From: Bdellovibrionota bacterium
Lineage (GTDB): Bacteria; Bdellovibrionota_C; UBA2361; OMII01
Length of the DNA stretch: 64,000 bases
Assembly: GCA_044345405.1 (NCBI GenBank)
Contig: JBIJBE010000002.1
Coordinates: forward strand, 1-64,000
Reading direction: 5' to 3'
Made by a program: the position numbers and the translations under genes. Positions 1 to 9,588 of this stretch are shown one piece after another; within the stretch, counting starts at the first letter, position 1; each line of letters starts with the position of its first letter. The notes beneath the pieces were generated by a model that did no database searches, was not told where the DNA came from, and worked only from the letters and a program-made list of their open reading frames with translations.

Positions 1-323
1 AGCGGTACATCGAGGTCGTTCTGCCCCCTCAGGTACCACGCTTCGGAGAGGAGGAGTGATCGTTGCGCTGCGGACTCGACGGTCGCTACCTGTTCGTTCG
101 TTTCCAGGGCGGTGGGATCGCCGAGCTGTTCGGCGCTCAGGCCGAGTCGCGCGATATCACCTTGGGTGGTTCGCGAAAACGAGACGCTCGACTCGGTTGG
201 GACGATCTCGAGCTCCTTCTCGCGAATAGATCCCCCGGACGAGAGTGATGAACACCCGGTGATGAGCGCGCATGATACAAGGATGGTAGAGAGGGCGAGG
301 CGAGGTCGACTGAGCGTGATCAT
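1..323 (-). CDS. Putative lipoprotein, N-terminal part only (runs off window start)
   Basis: Not in the ORF track. My manual translation from ATG at 323 gives MITLSRPRLALSTILVSCALITGC-SSLSS..., a signal peptide with lipobox ITGC, and the frame stays open to the window edge. Divergent from the MarR gene. Confidence 0.7.
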   Translation of the reverse strand, partial: MITLSRPRLALSTILVSCALITGCSSLSSGGSIREKELEIVPTESSVSFSRTTQGDIARLGLSAEQLGDPTALETNEQVATVESAAQRSLLLSEAWYLRGQNDLDVP

Positions 324-499
324 GGGCGTATTTGACGGTATAGCGATGAATTCGGCAAGGATATTTGGTTGCGTCATTCTTGAGGTGCCAGTTGGCGTGA
401 AAACACAAGGGGGAGATCGGGGAGGACGGTTTGGGGAATGACCGAGATTGTACGGGGGCCGGGTGTGGTCGTGTATTTCATACCTCTACGAGGTGATAC

Positions 500-1045
500 A
501 TGGCTACATCGAGGCAAACAGCGCAACAACCAAGTAATCGGGATCTTCTGGTCGCCGAAACAGCGGAGCAGGGGGCGTTCTTCGACCTTGTGCGTGTGGC
601 GAGTAGGCTTGAGGGAGAGCTGAACCGAGTGTTTCGTCCCTACGACCTGACGACGGCTACCTTTTCGATATTAAGCATTCTCGAAAGGGTTAACCCTGAG
701 GGGCTTTCGTGTGGTGATGTAGCCGGTCAACTGATCGCAGAGGTGCCGGATATGACGAGACTTCTCGATCGACTGGAGCGACTTGAGTATGTGCTCCGGG
801 AGCGGAGCTCCCTCGACCGGCGAATGGTAAAGGTGCGTCTGACTGACCGGGGACTTGAAGTGGTGCGAAATCTTAAGGACGCTGTGCACCGGTGCCATAA
901 GGATCAATTCCAAGGGCTCTCTCCTGATCGGCTAGAACAGTTGCGGGTAGCTCTTCGCGAGCTCGCGCGAGAGGAGCGTCCCGCGACCGGGAGCGAGGAG
1001 GAATCTATGAGTAGCCAACCCCGTCAGGTCGGGGCGGGGTCGTAG
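500..1045 (+). CDS. MarR family transcriptional regulator
   Basis: LTTATFSILSIL...DMTRLLDRLERLEYVLRERSSLDRRMVKVRLTDRG is the MarR winged-helix signature. SD GAGGTG upstream. Confidence 0.93.
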   Translation: MATSRQTAQQPSNRDLLVAETAEQGAFFDLVRVASRLEGELNRVFRPYDLTTATFSILSILERVNPEGLSCGDVAGQLIAEVPDMTRLLDRLERLEYVLRERSSLDRRMVKVRLTDRGLEVVRNLKDAVHRCHKDQFQGLSPDRLEQLRVALRELAREERPATGSEEESMSSQPRQVGAGS

Positions 1046-1340
1046 AACGGGCGTTGGGCCTCGTTAGGTACATGGTACTAGGCCGCGTAGGCGGAGCTAG
1101 GGGCTTGAGCGACCTCTGAGGACAGCGCATGGCAATTCGGAACGCGAGCGTTGACGCTCCCCCAACACCCTGTCTTTGTTATGTTTCGCCGCAAGATCCG
1201 GTGCCTCTATGGTTTCTGTCCTGACTGTGAGGGGCGGGTGGTTTTACGTCTACGTTGCGACCTTTTGGTACATACCACTAGGCAGCCTCATCTAGTCGGG
1301 GTATCATTCTCCCCCGTGACTGTAGTCCTTTCCATCCGCC

Positions 1341-2633
1341 ATGTTTTCTAGTTTCGCCACGACACTTCTTCTCGTGAGTGTTGTTGGGGTGTGCAACGCG
1401 GCCCAAGTAGCGCTTACTAATGCGCGTCGAAATCGCCTTGAAGCCGAGCTGTCGAAACGCTCCGCAGGGGCTGAAGCGGCCCTTGGGCTGATGGGCCGGA
1501 TCGACGACGTGGTAGCCGGAGCTCGCGTCGCGGTAGCGCTGTGCGTCGTCGCCGCGGTGCTCCTCCCGGGTGAGGTTTTAGTGTCGCAGGTCGCTTCGCT
1601 CGTTGGGGGTTCCGCTCTGGTGGCTGAGGTAGTCGTTGTGAGCGTTCTCTCGTTCATCGTGGTTGTGTGCGGAGATCTTCTTCCGTCACGGTTGGCGGAG
1701 CGGTATCCGGAAACGGTGGCTCGATTCCTTGCGCCCCTCGTGAGCGGTGTCGTTTCATTGGTCCGCCCACTTTCCACGATCGCGAACGCTATCGTTAGTC
1801 GGGTGCTCGGCCCTGTCTCGCCTGAGCAGGTATCGGATGAGGATGTCGAGGAGGATATCCGGGATTTGGTTGATGAAGGGCAACGCGCTGGTGTTATCGA
1901 GCCTGGTGAGCGCGAGATTATTAATCGTGTCTTCAAGCTTGACGATAAGCCGCTTGCGACCCTTATGACCCCTCGCGCCGATGTGGTTTTCTTGAATCGA
2001 GAGGATCCTTTAGATTCCACGTTGTTTACCGCCGCTTCATCTAAGCACACGTGGTTTCCCGTCCGTGCCAGTCATGAGGATGATGTTCTCGGTATCGTGT
2101 GTTTAAGCGATCTCGTTGAGCTCAAGGCCTGTCCCGATCGATTCCCCGGAGGGTTGTCGGAGGTTCTTGTGCAGCCGATCGAGGTTCCGATATCGATGAG
2201 TGCGCTCAAGTTGCTTGAGCTGTTCCGTGAGGATGGTGGTCGCTTCGCGATCGTCCGTGATGAGTACGGAACGTTATCCGGTATAGTCACGGTATATGAC
2301 GTTCTTCAGGTTATCGTCGGTGAGATCGGAGAATCCGGGTCGCCAGAGGAGCGGTGGTTCGTTCGTCGCGAAGATGGTTCGTATCTTGTCGATGCCAGTA
2401 GCGATATACGCGAGGTCTTTGAGACCCTTCGCATCGCTGATGAGTCACCGTTTAATGGCGCTGAATTTCATTCACTCGGTGGATTTGTCATGACCACCCT
2501 CGGGTACGTTCCGAAGGAGGGCGAGCGCTTCGAGGCGTTTGGATACCTCTTTGAGGTTATCGATATGGATAATAATCGTATCGATAAAGTTCTTGTGACT
2601 CAGGTCGCCGAGCAGAAGGCGGTTGGCGAGTAA
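1341..2633 (+). CDS. CNNM/CorB-type (hemolysin TlyC family) protein: DUF21 + CBS pair + CorC_HlyC
   Basis: N-terminal TM helices, LMTPRADV, RDEYGTLSGIVTVYDVL, and C-terminal FHSLGGFV...FEVIDMDNNRIDKVLV. Confidence 0.92.
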   Translation: MFSSFATTLLLVSVVGVCNAAQVALTNARRNRLEAELSKRSAGAEAALGLMGRIDDVVAGARVAVALCVVAAVLLPGEVLVSQVASLVGGSALVAEVVVVSVLSFIVVVCGDLLPSRLAERYPETVARFLAPLVSGVVSLVRPLSTIANAIVSRVLGPVSPEQVSDEDVEEDIRDLVDEGQRAGVIEPGEREIINRVFKLDDKPLATLMTPRADVVFLNREDPLDSTLFTAASSKHTWFPVRASHEDDVLGIVCLSDLVELKACPDRFPGGLSEVLVQPIEVPISMSALKLLELFREDGGRFAIVRDEYGTLSGIVTVYDVLQVIVGEIGESGSPEERWFVRREDGSYLVDASSDIREVFETLRIADESPFNGAEFHSLGGFVMTTLGYVPKEGERFEAFGYLFEVIDMDNNRIDKVLVTQVAEQKAVGE

Positions 2634-2712
2634 CGGTCGTAGTGAACGGTAGAGATAACGACGCCTTTCTAGGTGAGCAGTCGACGGCGTACGTCTGACC
2701 TCTACGTCAACG

Positions 2713-3252
2713 TTATCGATCGGACTTTAGCGGTAATCTCTCCAATCTCGCCTTGCTCTCCTCCCGGCACCGCTCTTGAAACAACGCTGGCTGATCGAAT
2801 CCAGTCTGACGAAGGGTTATCATCGGCGGGGCGGACGGTGAGAGTCCGGCATCACCAACCGCGTCAACAAACACGAACAACTCTTGAGCCGCCTCGATTG
2901 TAAACCGAACGGAGCACGTGCCGTATCGGGCGAGGGGCACCAGTTCTCCGTTGGGGTCACGATGCAGCGGGTCTCCAGAATCCATAAAGGTCTGCCCGTA
3001 CTTCACGACAAGGGTGTGTGGTCCAGGAAGGATCTCGAGAGTTCGACCGGGTTGCGGATGAGGAATTCCATCGAGCGTCACTACGTTCATGGAGGCGCCG
3101 GAAGAGTTGAAGAGGAGACGCCCGACCTCGCTGTCGGCTCGCTCCTCACCTGGATAAAATTTTATCGAGCTGCAACCAGCGCAGAGTCCCCCTACAAAGA
3201 GAGCCGAGGTAAGCGCGATTCCTCTCAGTGTGGGCGCAAACGAGGTGTTCAT
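2713..3252 (-). CDS. Hypothetical lipoprotein
   Basis: Likely start MNTSF at 3252. Signal peptide with lipobox CAGC. LDG...ILPGPHTL motif shared with 55961..56458. Confidence 0.7.
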   Translation of the reverse strand: MNTSFAPTLRGIALTSALFVGGLCAGCSSIKFYPGEERADSEVGRLLFNSSGASMNVVTLDGIPHPQPGRTLEILPGPHTLVVKYGQTFMDSGDPLHRDPNGELVPLARYGTCSVRFTIEAAQELFVFVDAVGDAGLSPSAPPMITLRQTGFDQPALFQERCREESKARLERLPLKSDR

Positions 3253-3340
3253 ACCGGTGGAGTATACATCTCCGATGGTGCGGGTCCAGTCGAAAAACGG
3301 CACCAACCGCAGGTGAGTGCGGAAGAGTGATCGTTATCCG

Positions 3341-3505
3341 GACGTGAACCTGCTCGTAAACGTGAACGTGAACGTACCCGAAAAGATTCTTCGTCTTCGA
3401 TAGCTGCACGAGGGCGCTGCGCACCGAACGGAGGTGAGGTCATGGATTGCAACCATCTCCCGAATACGGCGGCTCGGGCACGAGCACGTTTACGTCACGC
3501 GTGGG
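3341..3505 (-). repeat. Family-1 REP/MITE-like inverted-repeat element, copy 1
   Basis: Arm 3341-3381 is the reverse complement of 13184-13224 with 2 mismatches in 41 nt. Degenerate partner arm at 3474-3505. Confidence 0.85.
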
Positions 3506-3509
3506 AAGG

Positions 3510-6008
3510 TTATCCGGCCTTTTCCAGCGGATTTTCGGGCCATTTATGTTTCGGGTAACGGCCTCGCAGCTCCTTGCGTACCTCGGGATATCCAACCCGC
3601 CAAAAGTTCGCGAGGTCCTGGGTTACCTGCACCGGTCGATGGGCTGGTGAAAGGAGGTGAATGATTGTGGGCACCCTAAAACGACCGATTCGGGGTGTTT
3701 CGAGAAGGCCGAAGAGGTCCTGGATGCGAGCCTCGAACCTTGGGGAAGCTCCTGAGGTGTAGTCGAGGGGCCGAGATCTCCCGCTCGGTATCGTGATAGA
3801 GGCGGGCGCGATATCGTCAAGCTCCTTCTTCGACGACCAAGGTAGAATGGATTCTAACGCCTGGTGTACCACATGCTCCGTGAGTCCCTTCAATGAGGGG
3901 GGGGGAGAGAGGTGCGGAAGGAGCCACTCGCTCACAGTCGCTCTCAGTTGTTCTTCACGCATATCTGGAAGCGAGGGGGCCTCTCCCTGACGTTCCCGAG
4001 CCCAGCGAATTCGCGCCAAGAGTGATGCGCTCGCGTCGCTGAAGGGAACGTTGCGCCACCCCTCATCTGTTGAGAGCCACGCGCCGAAGGCGGTGGTAAT
4101 ATCCTCGTTCGACGCCTTTGGTTCGAGTCGCGCGGTGAGGGTAATCGCTCCGATCTTGGTGAGTTGTGATGATGTCAACGCTCCTGTGTGCGGATCCACC
4201 CGGACCTCGCGGGCGTTTCTTACGAGGCGAGAGAGCTCGGTTTTGAAAAGTTCGGGCGAGAGTGGCGCCGCGAGTCGGATCGCGAGCTCCCCACCCGAAT
4301 CCTGCACCGAGCACGCCACGATAAACTCGGATTGGCGAAGGGGGTCTCCGGTTTTTAGGGTCGCTCCTTTGCCCGAGGCGAGAAGGTATCGATGAGAGCC
4401 ATCCTCTCTTCGGCGAGCGATCCTCTCCGGGAATGACGAGGCGAGGAGGAGGGCGACGGCGTCCTCTTCAGAGCTCGCGAGAGCCGATCGAGATGCTGAA
4501 GGCGCTAGAGATCTGATTCGCTCGTTCCACCGCTCGCTCATCTCGACGAGCCGATGAGCGCCCGGCGCGCGTCTTCCCGTGCCGGCGAGCGCGTCGAGGC
4601 GGGCGTGAATGGTCGATGTTGGGCTCGTTGGTCCAAGGATGTCCCGCTCCTCAATGATGGTAATTATTCGAGCACCGAGCGACTCGAGCGATCGTGCTCT
4701 CGCGACGCACGCCAAGGTGCCGAGGCGGGGGTGCGCACCGAGGGAAGCGATAGATCGACCATGATCCGTGATCGTGCCCGACGGTGTGAGCGCTCCGAGG
4801 TGCTGAAGGATTTCTCGCGCCGAGTCGAGCGCCGGTCGAGGGGGTGGCGTGATCCATCCAAAGGTCGCCGGATCGTGAACTCCCCACGCGGCGAGGTCAA
4901 GGAGCGTTGGGGCAAGATCGGAGCGAAGGATCTCCGGCTCCCGATATGGCCGTCGCGCAAGGTGCTCCTGCTCGCTCCACAATCGAACGCAGACACCTGG
5001 CGCCGTTCGTCCCGCGCGACCCGCGCGTTGGTCAGCCGCATCGCGCGAGATCGGCTCGGTGGTTAAAGACGAGAAGCCTCCCGCGTCGATCCGTGATACC
5101 TTGTGAGTTCCTGAGTCCACAACAACCCTGATTCCCTCAATGGTGAGGCTCGTCTCGGCGATGGTGGTCGCAAGCACGACCTTTCTGCGTCCTTGTGGAT
5201 CGGGCTGGATTGCGGCGGCCTGCTCGTGGAAGGGGAGATCTCCAAAGAGCGGCATGACGAGAGCATCGACCCGAGATCTCTCCAAAAGCTCCTGCGTACG
5301 CTGAATCTCGAACGCGCCGGGGAGGAACGCGAGGATGTCCCCCTCAAATCGGGAGACGGCTCCCTTGATCGAGTTCGCGACCCTCTCCCAAACCGCTTGA
5401 CGCGTATCACCGGGCTCGTACGTGATCGAAACCGGATATGTTGTGCCCCCGAATGTGTAGCGCCACGCGTTGTCGAGATAATTCTTCGGGAGCGACTCGC
5501 CGAGGGTGGCGGACATGATAACGAGTTTCAGGTCCGGGCGAAGAGCGGAGATGGTTTCAAGGGTGAGCGCGAGACTTACGTCCGCGTGGATGCTTCGCTC
5601 GTGAAATTCGTCGAAGATTACCGCGCCAACGCCTGAGAGTTCGGGATCGGCGATCAATCGACGCGTAAGAAGGCCCTCAGTAATCACCTCAATCTGGGTG
5701 TTCTTGGATCTCTTCGACTCAAGACGCACCGAGTAGCCGACGGTCGCGCCCACTGGTTCGTTCAGGAGCTCCGCCATGCGCGAGGCGACGCTCTTCGCGG
5801 CTATGCGTCGCGGCTGAAGGATGAGAATGGTTTTACCCGCAAGGGAGGGCTCTTCCAGAAGTTCAAGGGGAAGTACGGTCGTCTTTCCCGTTCCTGGAGG
5901 TGCCTCAAGGAGGGTGGTAGGGTGCGAGGCGATCCCCTCGCGGATTGAGGTAAGGTGCTTCGTTATAGGAAGCTTCTCGACCGCCGCGCGCCACGTTCTG
6001 GTCGTCAT
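3510..6008 (-). CDS. hrpB: ATP-dependent helicase HrpB
   Basis: APPGTGKTT, DEFH, MSAT, QRAGRAGR, and the HrpB C-terminal YPEVRKELRGRYPKHKWP. Confidence 0.96.
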   Translation of the reverse strand: MTTRTWRAAVEKLPITKHLTSIREGIASHPTTLLEAPPGTGKTTVLPLELLEEPSLAGKTILILQPRRIAAKSVASRMAELLNEPVGATVGYSVRLESKRSKNTQIEVITEGLLTRRLIADPELSGVGAVIFDEFHERSIHADVSLALTLETISALRPDLKLVIMSATLGESLPKNYLDNAWRYTFGGTTYPVSITYEPGDTRQAVWERVANSIKGAVSRFEGDILAFLPGAFEIQRTQELLERSRVDALVMPLFGDLPFHEQAAAIQPDPQGRRKVVLATTIAETSLTIEGIRVVVDSGTHKVSRIDAGGFSSLTTEPISRDAADQRAGRAGRTAPGVCVRLWSEQEHLARRPYREPEILRSDLAPTLLDLAAWGVHDPATFGWITPPPRPALDSAREILQHLGALTPSGTITDHGRSIASLGAHPRLGTLACVARARSLESLGARIITIIEERDILGPTSPTSTIHARLDALAGTGRRAPGAHRLVEMSERWNERIRSLAPSASRSALASSEEDAVALLLASSFPERIARRREDGSHRYLLASGKGATLKTGDPLRQSEFIVACSVQDSGGELAIRLAAPLSPELFKTELSRLVRNAREVRVDPHTGALTSSQLTKIGAITLTARLEPKASNEDITTAFGAWLSTDEGWRNVPFSDASASLLARIRWARERQGEAPSLPDMREEQLRATVSEWLLPHLSPPPSLKGLTEHVVHQALESILPWSSKKELDDIAPASITIPSGRSRPLDYTSGASPRFEARIQDLFGLLETPRIGRFRVPTIIHLLSPAHRPVQVTQDLANFWRVGYPEVRKELRGRYPKHKWPENPLEKAG

Positions 6009-7474
6009 GAGGTGATCCAGCTCACAGAGAAAATGTGCGCGGTATGTCCCTCCACATCAAGGTAGAGTCCCTGCGCTGAGAGTTCGCTGGCGTCGCGGTC
6101 ATAGGTGGCGTCTGATAGGAGGTCTGTGAGTCGCGCTGTGCCAATGCGCGGAAGAGCCTGGGGGACTTGAACGAAACACTGCCCCCTATAGCCGGCGCCG
6201 TTTACGGCTACGAGAAGATCTCCCGATTCGTACGCGATGTAGTACGCGATGAAGTTCTCGTTGGTCCCATTGCCGTCCCACGCTGTCACGCACCGAAGGA
6301 GGCTCCACGCGCCGTTCTTTCCCGCCGGAGAATTTACAATCGGAAGGAGTTTATCGTAGAGGGCGACTATCGTTGGGTCGATCTCCTCATGTGGTCCCCG
6401 GCGAAGGTGAACGGGTACTCGTGCTCGATATCCCTCCAGTTGCCCGTGGTGAAAAAAGCGCATCCCGGGGGCGAGGTACGAAACCACCGCCGCGGCGGTG
6501 TGCTCTGGCGGTTCCAGTTTTGACGCCACGCGCGGCTCATCGTGATTCTCCAAAAAATGGGCCATGCGGGCGGTGTAGGATTGCGGAGCCGTAAGGTGTC
6601 GCGAGAGCTTATTCGACTCGTGATGGATCAGGCGGTCATAGAGCACCTTATCGTACGTATAGGTGAAGCCGTGCGCTTGGAGTTTCGCTTCGTAGTCCCA
6701 GTACACCTCGCCGAGAAAAAGGAACTGCGGATGGTCGCGCCGCACCTGCGCGATAGCCTCAGGCCACCACGTTTGATCAAAGCGCTCTCGCGCTTCGGGA
6801 CGGCCGTTCCATGTGCGGGCGAATATCTCTGGTTCAATCAGCATCGCCATGTCGCACCGCACGCCGGAGCACCTTGTCGCGATGCTCCGAAGCTCTCCGA
6901 TCATCGCCGCGCGGAGATGCGGGTTGAAAAAGTTCAGCTGTAAGGTATCGGGCCATCCAGGGTAGTTCGGATCCTTTCCGTACGCGGCGATCGTTCCGTT
7001 CTGTAGCTGTGCCCAGCAATCTGGGGCGTGAAGAAGGTCTCGCTCATCGCCTCGGATGAGAAAGTCGGGACGCTCCGAGACCCACCGGTGATCAAAGCCG
7101 ATATGGTTCGGAATGAAATCCAGAAGGAGGTTAATCCCTCGTTGCTCAAGGCGTTCACGAAACCGGGCGAGCTGAGTGTCGCCACCGATCGACGGTTCCG
7201 TGATGTACTCGCATACCGCGAAAGGCGAACCGCAGATGTCGTCCTCCGTCAGGTCAGGGAGGACCGCGAGGTACTCTTGGTGCCACTCCGTTCGCTCTCG
7301 TGAGATTCGTCGACCGATTGGGCCGATCTTCCAGACACCGAGGAGCCAGACCCAGTCAAACCCACGCGAGGCGATCGCGTTGAGCAGAGCGTTTGGTACG
7401 TCATCAAGCGTGGCGCCGAGGCCGAGCTGGGAGAGGAGTACCTTTGTGTTGATCTGGTAGAGGCTAGGGTTCAC
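6005..7474 (-). CDS. GH13 alpha-amylase family glycosidase
   Basis: DFIPNH, GVRCDMA (nucleophile), FLGEVYW (acid/base), FLENHDE. 4-bp overlap with hrpB. Confidence 0.9.
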   Translation of the reverse strand: MNPSLYQINTKVLLSQLGLGATLDDVPNALLNAIASRGFDWVWLLGVWKIGPIGRRISRERTEWHQEYLAVLPDLTEDDICGSPFAVCEYITEPSIGGDTQLARFRERLEQRGINLLLDFIPNHIGFDHRWVSERPDFLIRGDERDLLHAPDCWAQLQNGTIAAYGKDPNYPGWPDTLQLNFFNPHLRAAMIGELRSIATRCSGVRCDMAMLIEPEIFARTWNGRPEARERFDQTWWPEAIAQVRRDHPQFLFLGEVYWDYEAKLQAHGFTYTYDKVLYDRLIHHESNKLSRHLTAPQSYTARMAHFLENHDEPRVASKLEPPEHTAAAVVSYLAPGMRFFHHGQLEGYRARVPVHLRRGPHEEIDPTIVALYDKLLPIVNSPAGKNGAWSLLRCVTAWDGNGTNENFIAYYIAYESGDLLVAVNGAGYRGQCFVQVPQALPRIGTARLTDLLSDATYDRDASELSAQGLYLDVEGHTAHIFSVSWITS

Positions 7475-7522
7475 CGCTTTAGTATACCGCTGAGGTACCG
7501 GGGTGCAAAGGCGAATACCGGA

Positions 7523-9202
7523 CTACTGAAGGGTGGCGGCGCCCCAACTGGCTTGAAAGTTTGGGCCGTCCGAGAGTGGCGTAGCGTTCGGGCGCTCGAT
7601 GCGCAGACGGAGGGGATTGTGGAAATCTACGCCCAGCAGGAACGCCTCGCCGGGCGCAAGCGATGGTAATCGTGTTTGGAGGGCATGGCTGACCGCGCCA
7701 CTTGCTCGCTCAATAGCGTTCCGGTCGGCATCGCTGACGAGACGATGAACCAGAAAGGTACCGACTTGGCTTAGAACGTCGTCTGGAATATCGCGCGGGC
7801 GTTGGGTCGCCACGCAGAGGGTCAATCCATACTTACGACCCTCCTTCGCGATTACGTTGAAGGCCTCAAGTGGGTATTCGTTGGAGAGGAGGGATGTCGT
7901 CGTCGGAAGCATTTGGTGTGCCTCATCGACCGCGAGGATGAGTGGAGCGTTGGTGAACCGGCCTGCTCGAGCGAGGCCGAGCAGGTGTCGGGCGAGGGCG
8001 TTACTTACGATCTCTCTCACCCTGTTAATAGTCGGGAGGTATTCGCATGAAACGCGAAGGACCTTGAGTGATGGGTCGTTAAGAAAATTCCCGATCGAGT
8101 CAAGGAGGGACTCCCCCTGCGTTGGCCGGAGGATCGATTCGAGGTCTGTTGAGTGGGTGAGATCCTCAAGCTTTGAGATGAGAGGAACGCAGTCGTTGTG
8201 GTCAGTCACGTTTATACCGCCCCAATAGTTGCTCTCGGTGTGGCTTCGAATAGGGTCGACGCACTCGAGCCCGACCTGCATCGGAAGGTTGTGAATGTTA
8301 AACGCGTTCTCCGGACGGCAGACCTCATCTTGATATTCCGCCAAGGCGAACTCAAAGGGGGCCTTCAGGCGGTGGGCCTTTGGAAGATTACCCTCGATGC
8401 CGAGTCGGGGATCGAGGTGGAGGACCTTGAGCGAGCGAATAGCGGCTCTCAGCTTGGTGATCTGCGTCGCTGAGGTTGGGCGGAGGATAGCAACGAGATC
8501 CGCTTCGGTGAGCTGGTAGTAGGGGAGCGCGACCTCTGATGAACTCACAAGGGATGCCGGGGCGGTGCCGATGTGGACGTGCCGAACGGGGCCGGAGAGT
8601 GTTCGGTACTCTCCGGAGGGATCGATAAGAATAGCCTTGCCACCCTGGTTCGCGCATTGCTCCAGTAACCGGGCGAGCGTCCAGCTCTTTCCTGAGCCAG
8701 AGGTGCCGACCACGGCACAGTGCCTTCCAAGTATCTTCTCAGGCGAGAAGGTAAGTGGGTGAGCTGGGCAGAGGGGTGAGGTGCCGAGTTCGATCGTGAC
8801 AGTGTGGGTCAGATCGTCGAACAGTGAGCGCCGGTCCTCGAGGTAGGCTTTGAGAAGGGTCGTTGAGGGGTGAAAGACGCGCGATCCGGTTCGGGGGGCG
8901 TTGGAGATGCCAGGTGTGATGGTGAGCCGCTCTGTGTCTACCGTGGCGAGGAGGGTCATCTGAGCCGTCGTCCCTAATCCGTCGAGAGAGAGCGAACCTA
9001 CCTCGCCGATGAAGAGTGAGGTTCCGGTCAGGATGGTGAGAATGTCGCCGATCTGGGTTGGCGCGGCGAGGTGATCGGCGAGGGCGACTGCAACAGTTGT
9101 TCCTCCTACCTGTGTAACGGTTCCCGCTACCTCAACAGTTGTGAGAGCGCTGTGTCGAGCGTCTGGTAGCTCTTCCGTTGTTGTGATCGGTTCGTAAGCC
9201 AT
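7523..9202 (-). CDS. HerA/FtsK-family ATPase (DUF87) with N-terminal HAS-barrel-like region
   Basis: RHCAVVGTSGSGKS (Walker A), ILAVDEAH (Walker B), EGRKYGL...ATQRP (arginine-finger region). Confidence 0.9.
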   Translation of the reverse strand: MAYEPITTTEELPDARHSALTTVEVAGTVTQVGGTTVAVALADHLAAPTQIGDILTILTGTSLFIGEVGSLSLDGLGTTAQMTLLATVDTERLTITPGISNAPRTGSRVFHPSTTLLKAYLEDRRSLFDDLTHTVTIELGTSPLCPAHPLTFSPEKILGRHCAVVGTSGSGKSWTLARLLEQCANQGGKAILIDPSGEYRTLSGPVRHVHIGTAPASLVSSSEVALPYYQLTEADLVAILRPTSATQITKLRAAIRSLKVLHLDPRLGIEGNLPKAHRLKAPFEFALAEYQDEVCRPENAFNIHNLPMQVGLECVDPIRSHTESNYWGGINVTDHNDCVPLISKLEDLTHSTDLESILRPTQGESLLDSIGNFLNDPSLKVLRVSCEYLPTINRVREIVSNALARHLLGLARAGRFTNAPLILAVDEAHQMLPTTTSLLSNEYPLEAFNVIAKEGRKYGLTLCVATQRPRDIPDDVLSQVGTFLVHRLVSDADRNAIERASGAVSHALQTRLPSLAPGEAFLLGVDFHNPLRLRIERPNATPLSDGPNFQASWGAATLQ

Positions 9203-9588
9203 CTTCCTTTTTTGCCCAGAGCGGTGGGAGGAGCGGCCATTATTGCGCTTCCGAAACCACTAGTCACAGTTTTTGAGCCGGTCTTATAACATGCTAGAAA
9301 TATTGAGCGTATTCTTCAGCTTGGAGGCGTAACGTTCGTAATTGTCAACCGTATGTGATCGGGAGCGGCTTTTACTCCCCATTCAACGTTAAGGTGTTTC
9401 CCCAGGGCCTCTGGTCGGCTACATTCCCGGTATCTCCAACGGGTTGCCCTAGGTGCGGCGTAGCCGCCTACCGCTTATACATGTGGTCGTGTCGCGCCAA
9501 TCTTTACGATGAGTGAGGAGAGGAAGAGGCGTGCGGTCAACTTCGTGGATTGTAGAGTTGTGGGGAGGTTCCCCAGTAGGAAATAGTT

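Noticed and set aside
1151-1351. 66-aa ORF with CPDC motif upstream of the CNNM gene
   Set aside because: No SD, only one Cys pair, and no recognisable family. Cannot be supported, though not formally excluded.
7523-9202. Conjugative VirB4/TraD ATPase or a complete Sir2-HerA defence system
   Set aside because: No type IV secretion, relaxase, sirtuin or nuclease gene is adjacent.
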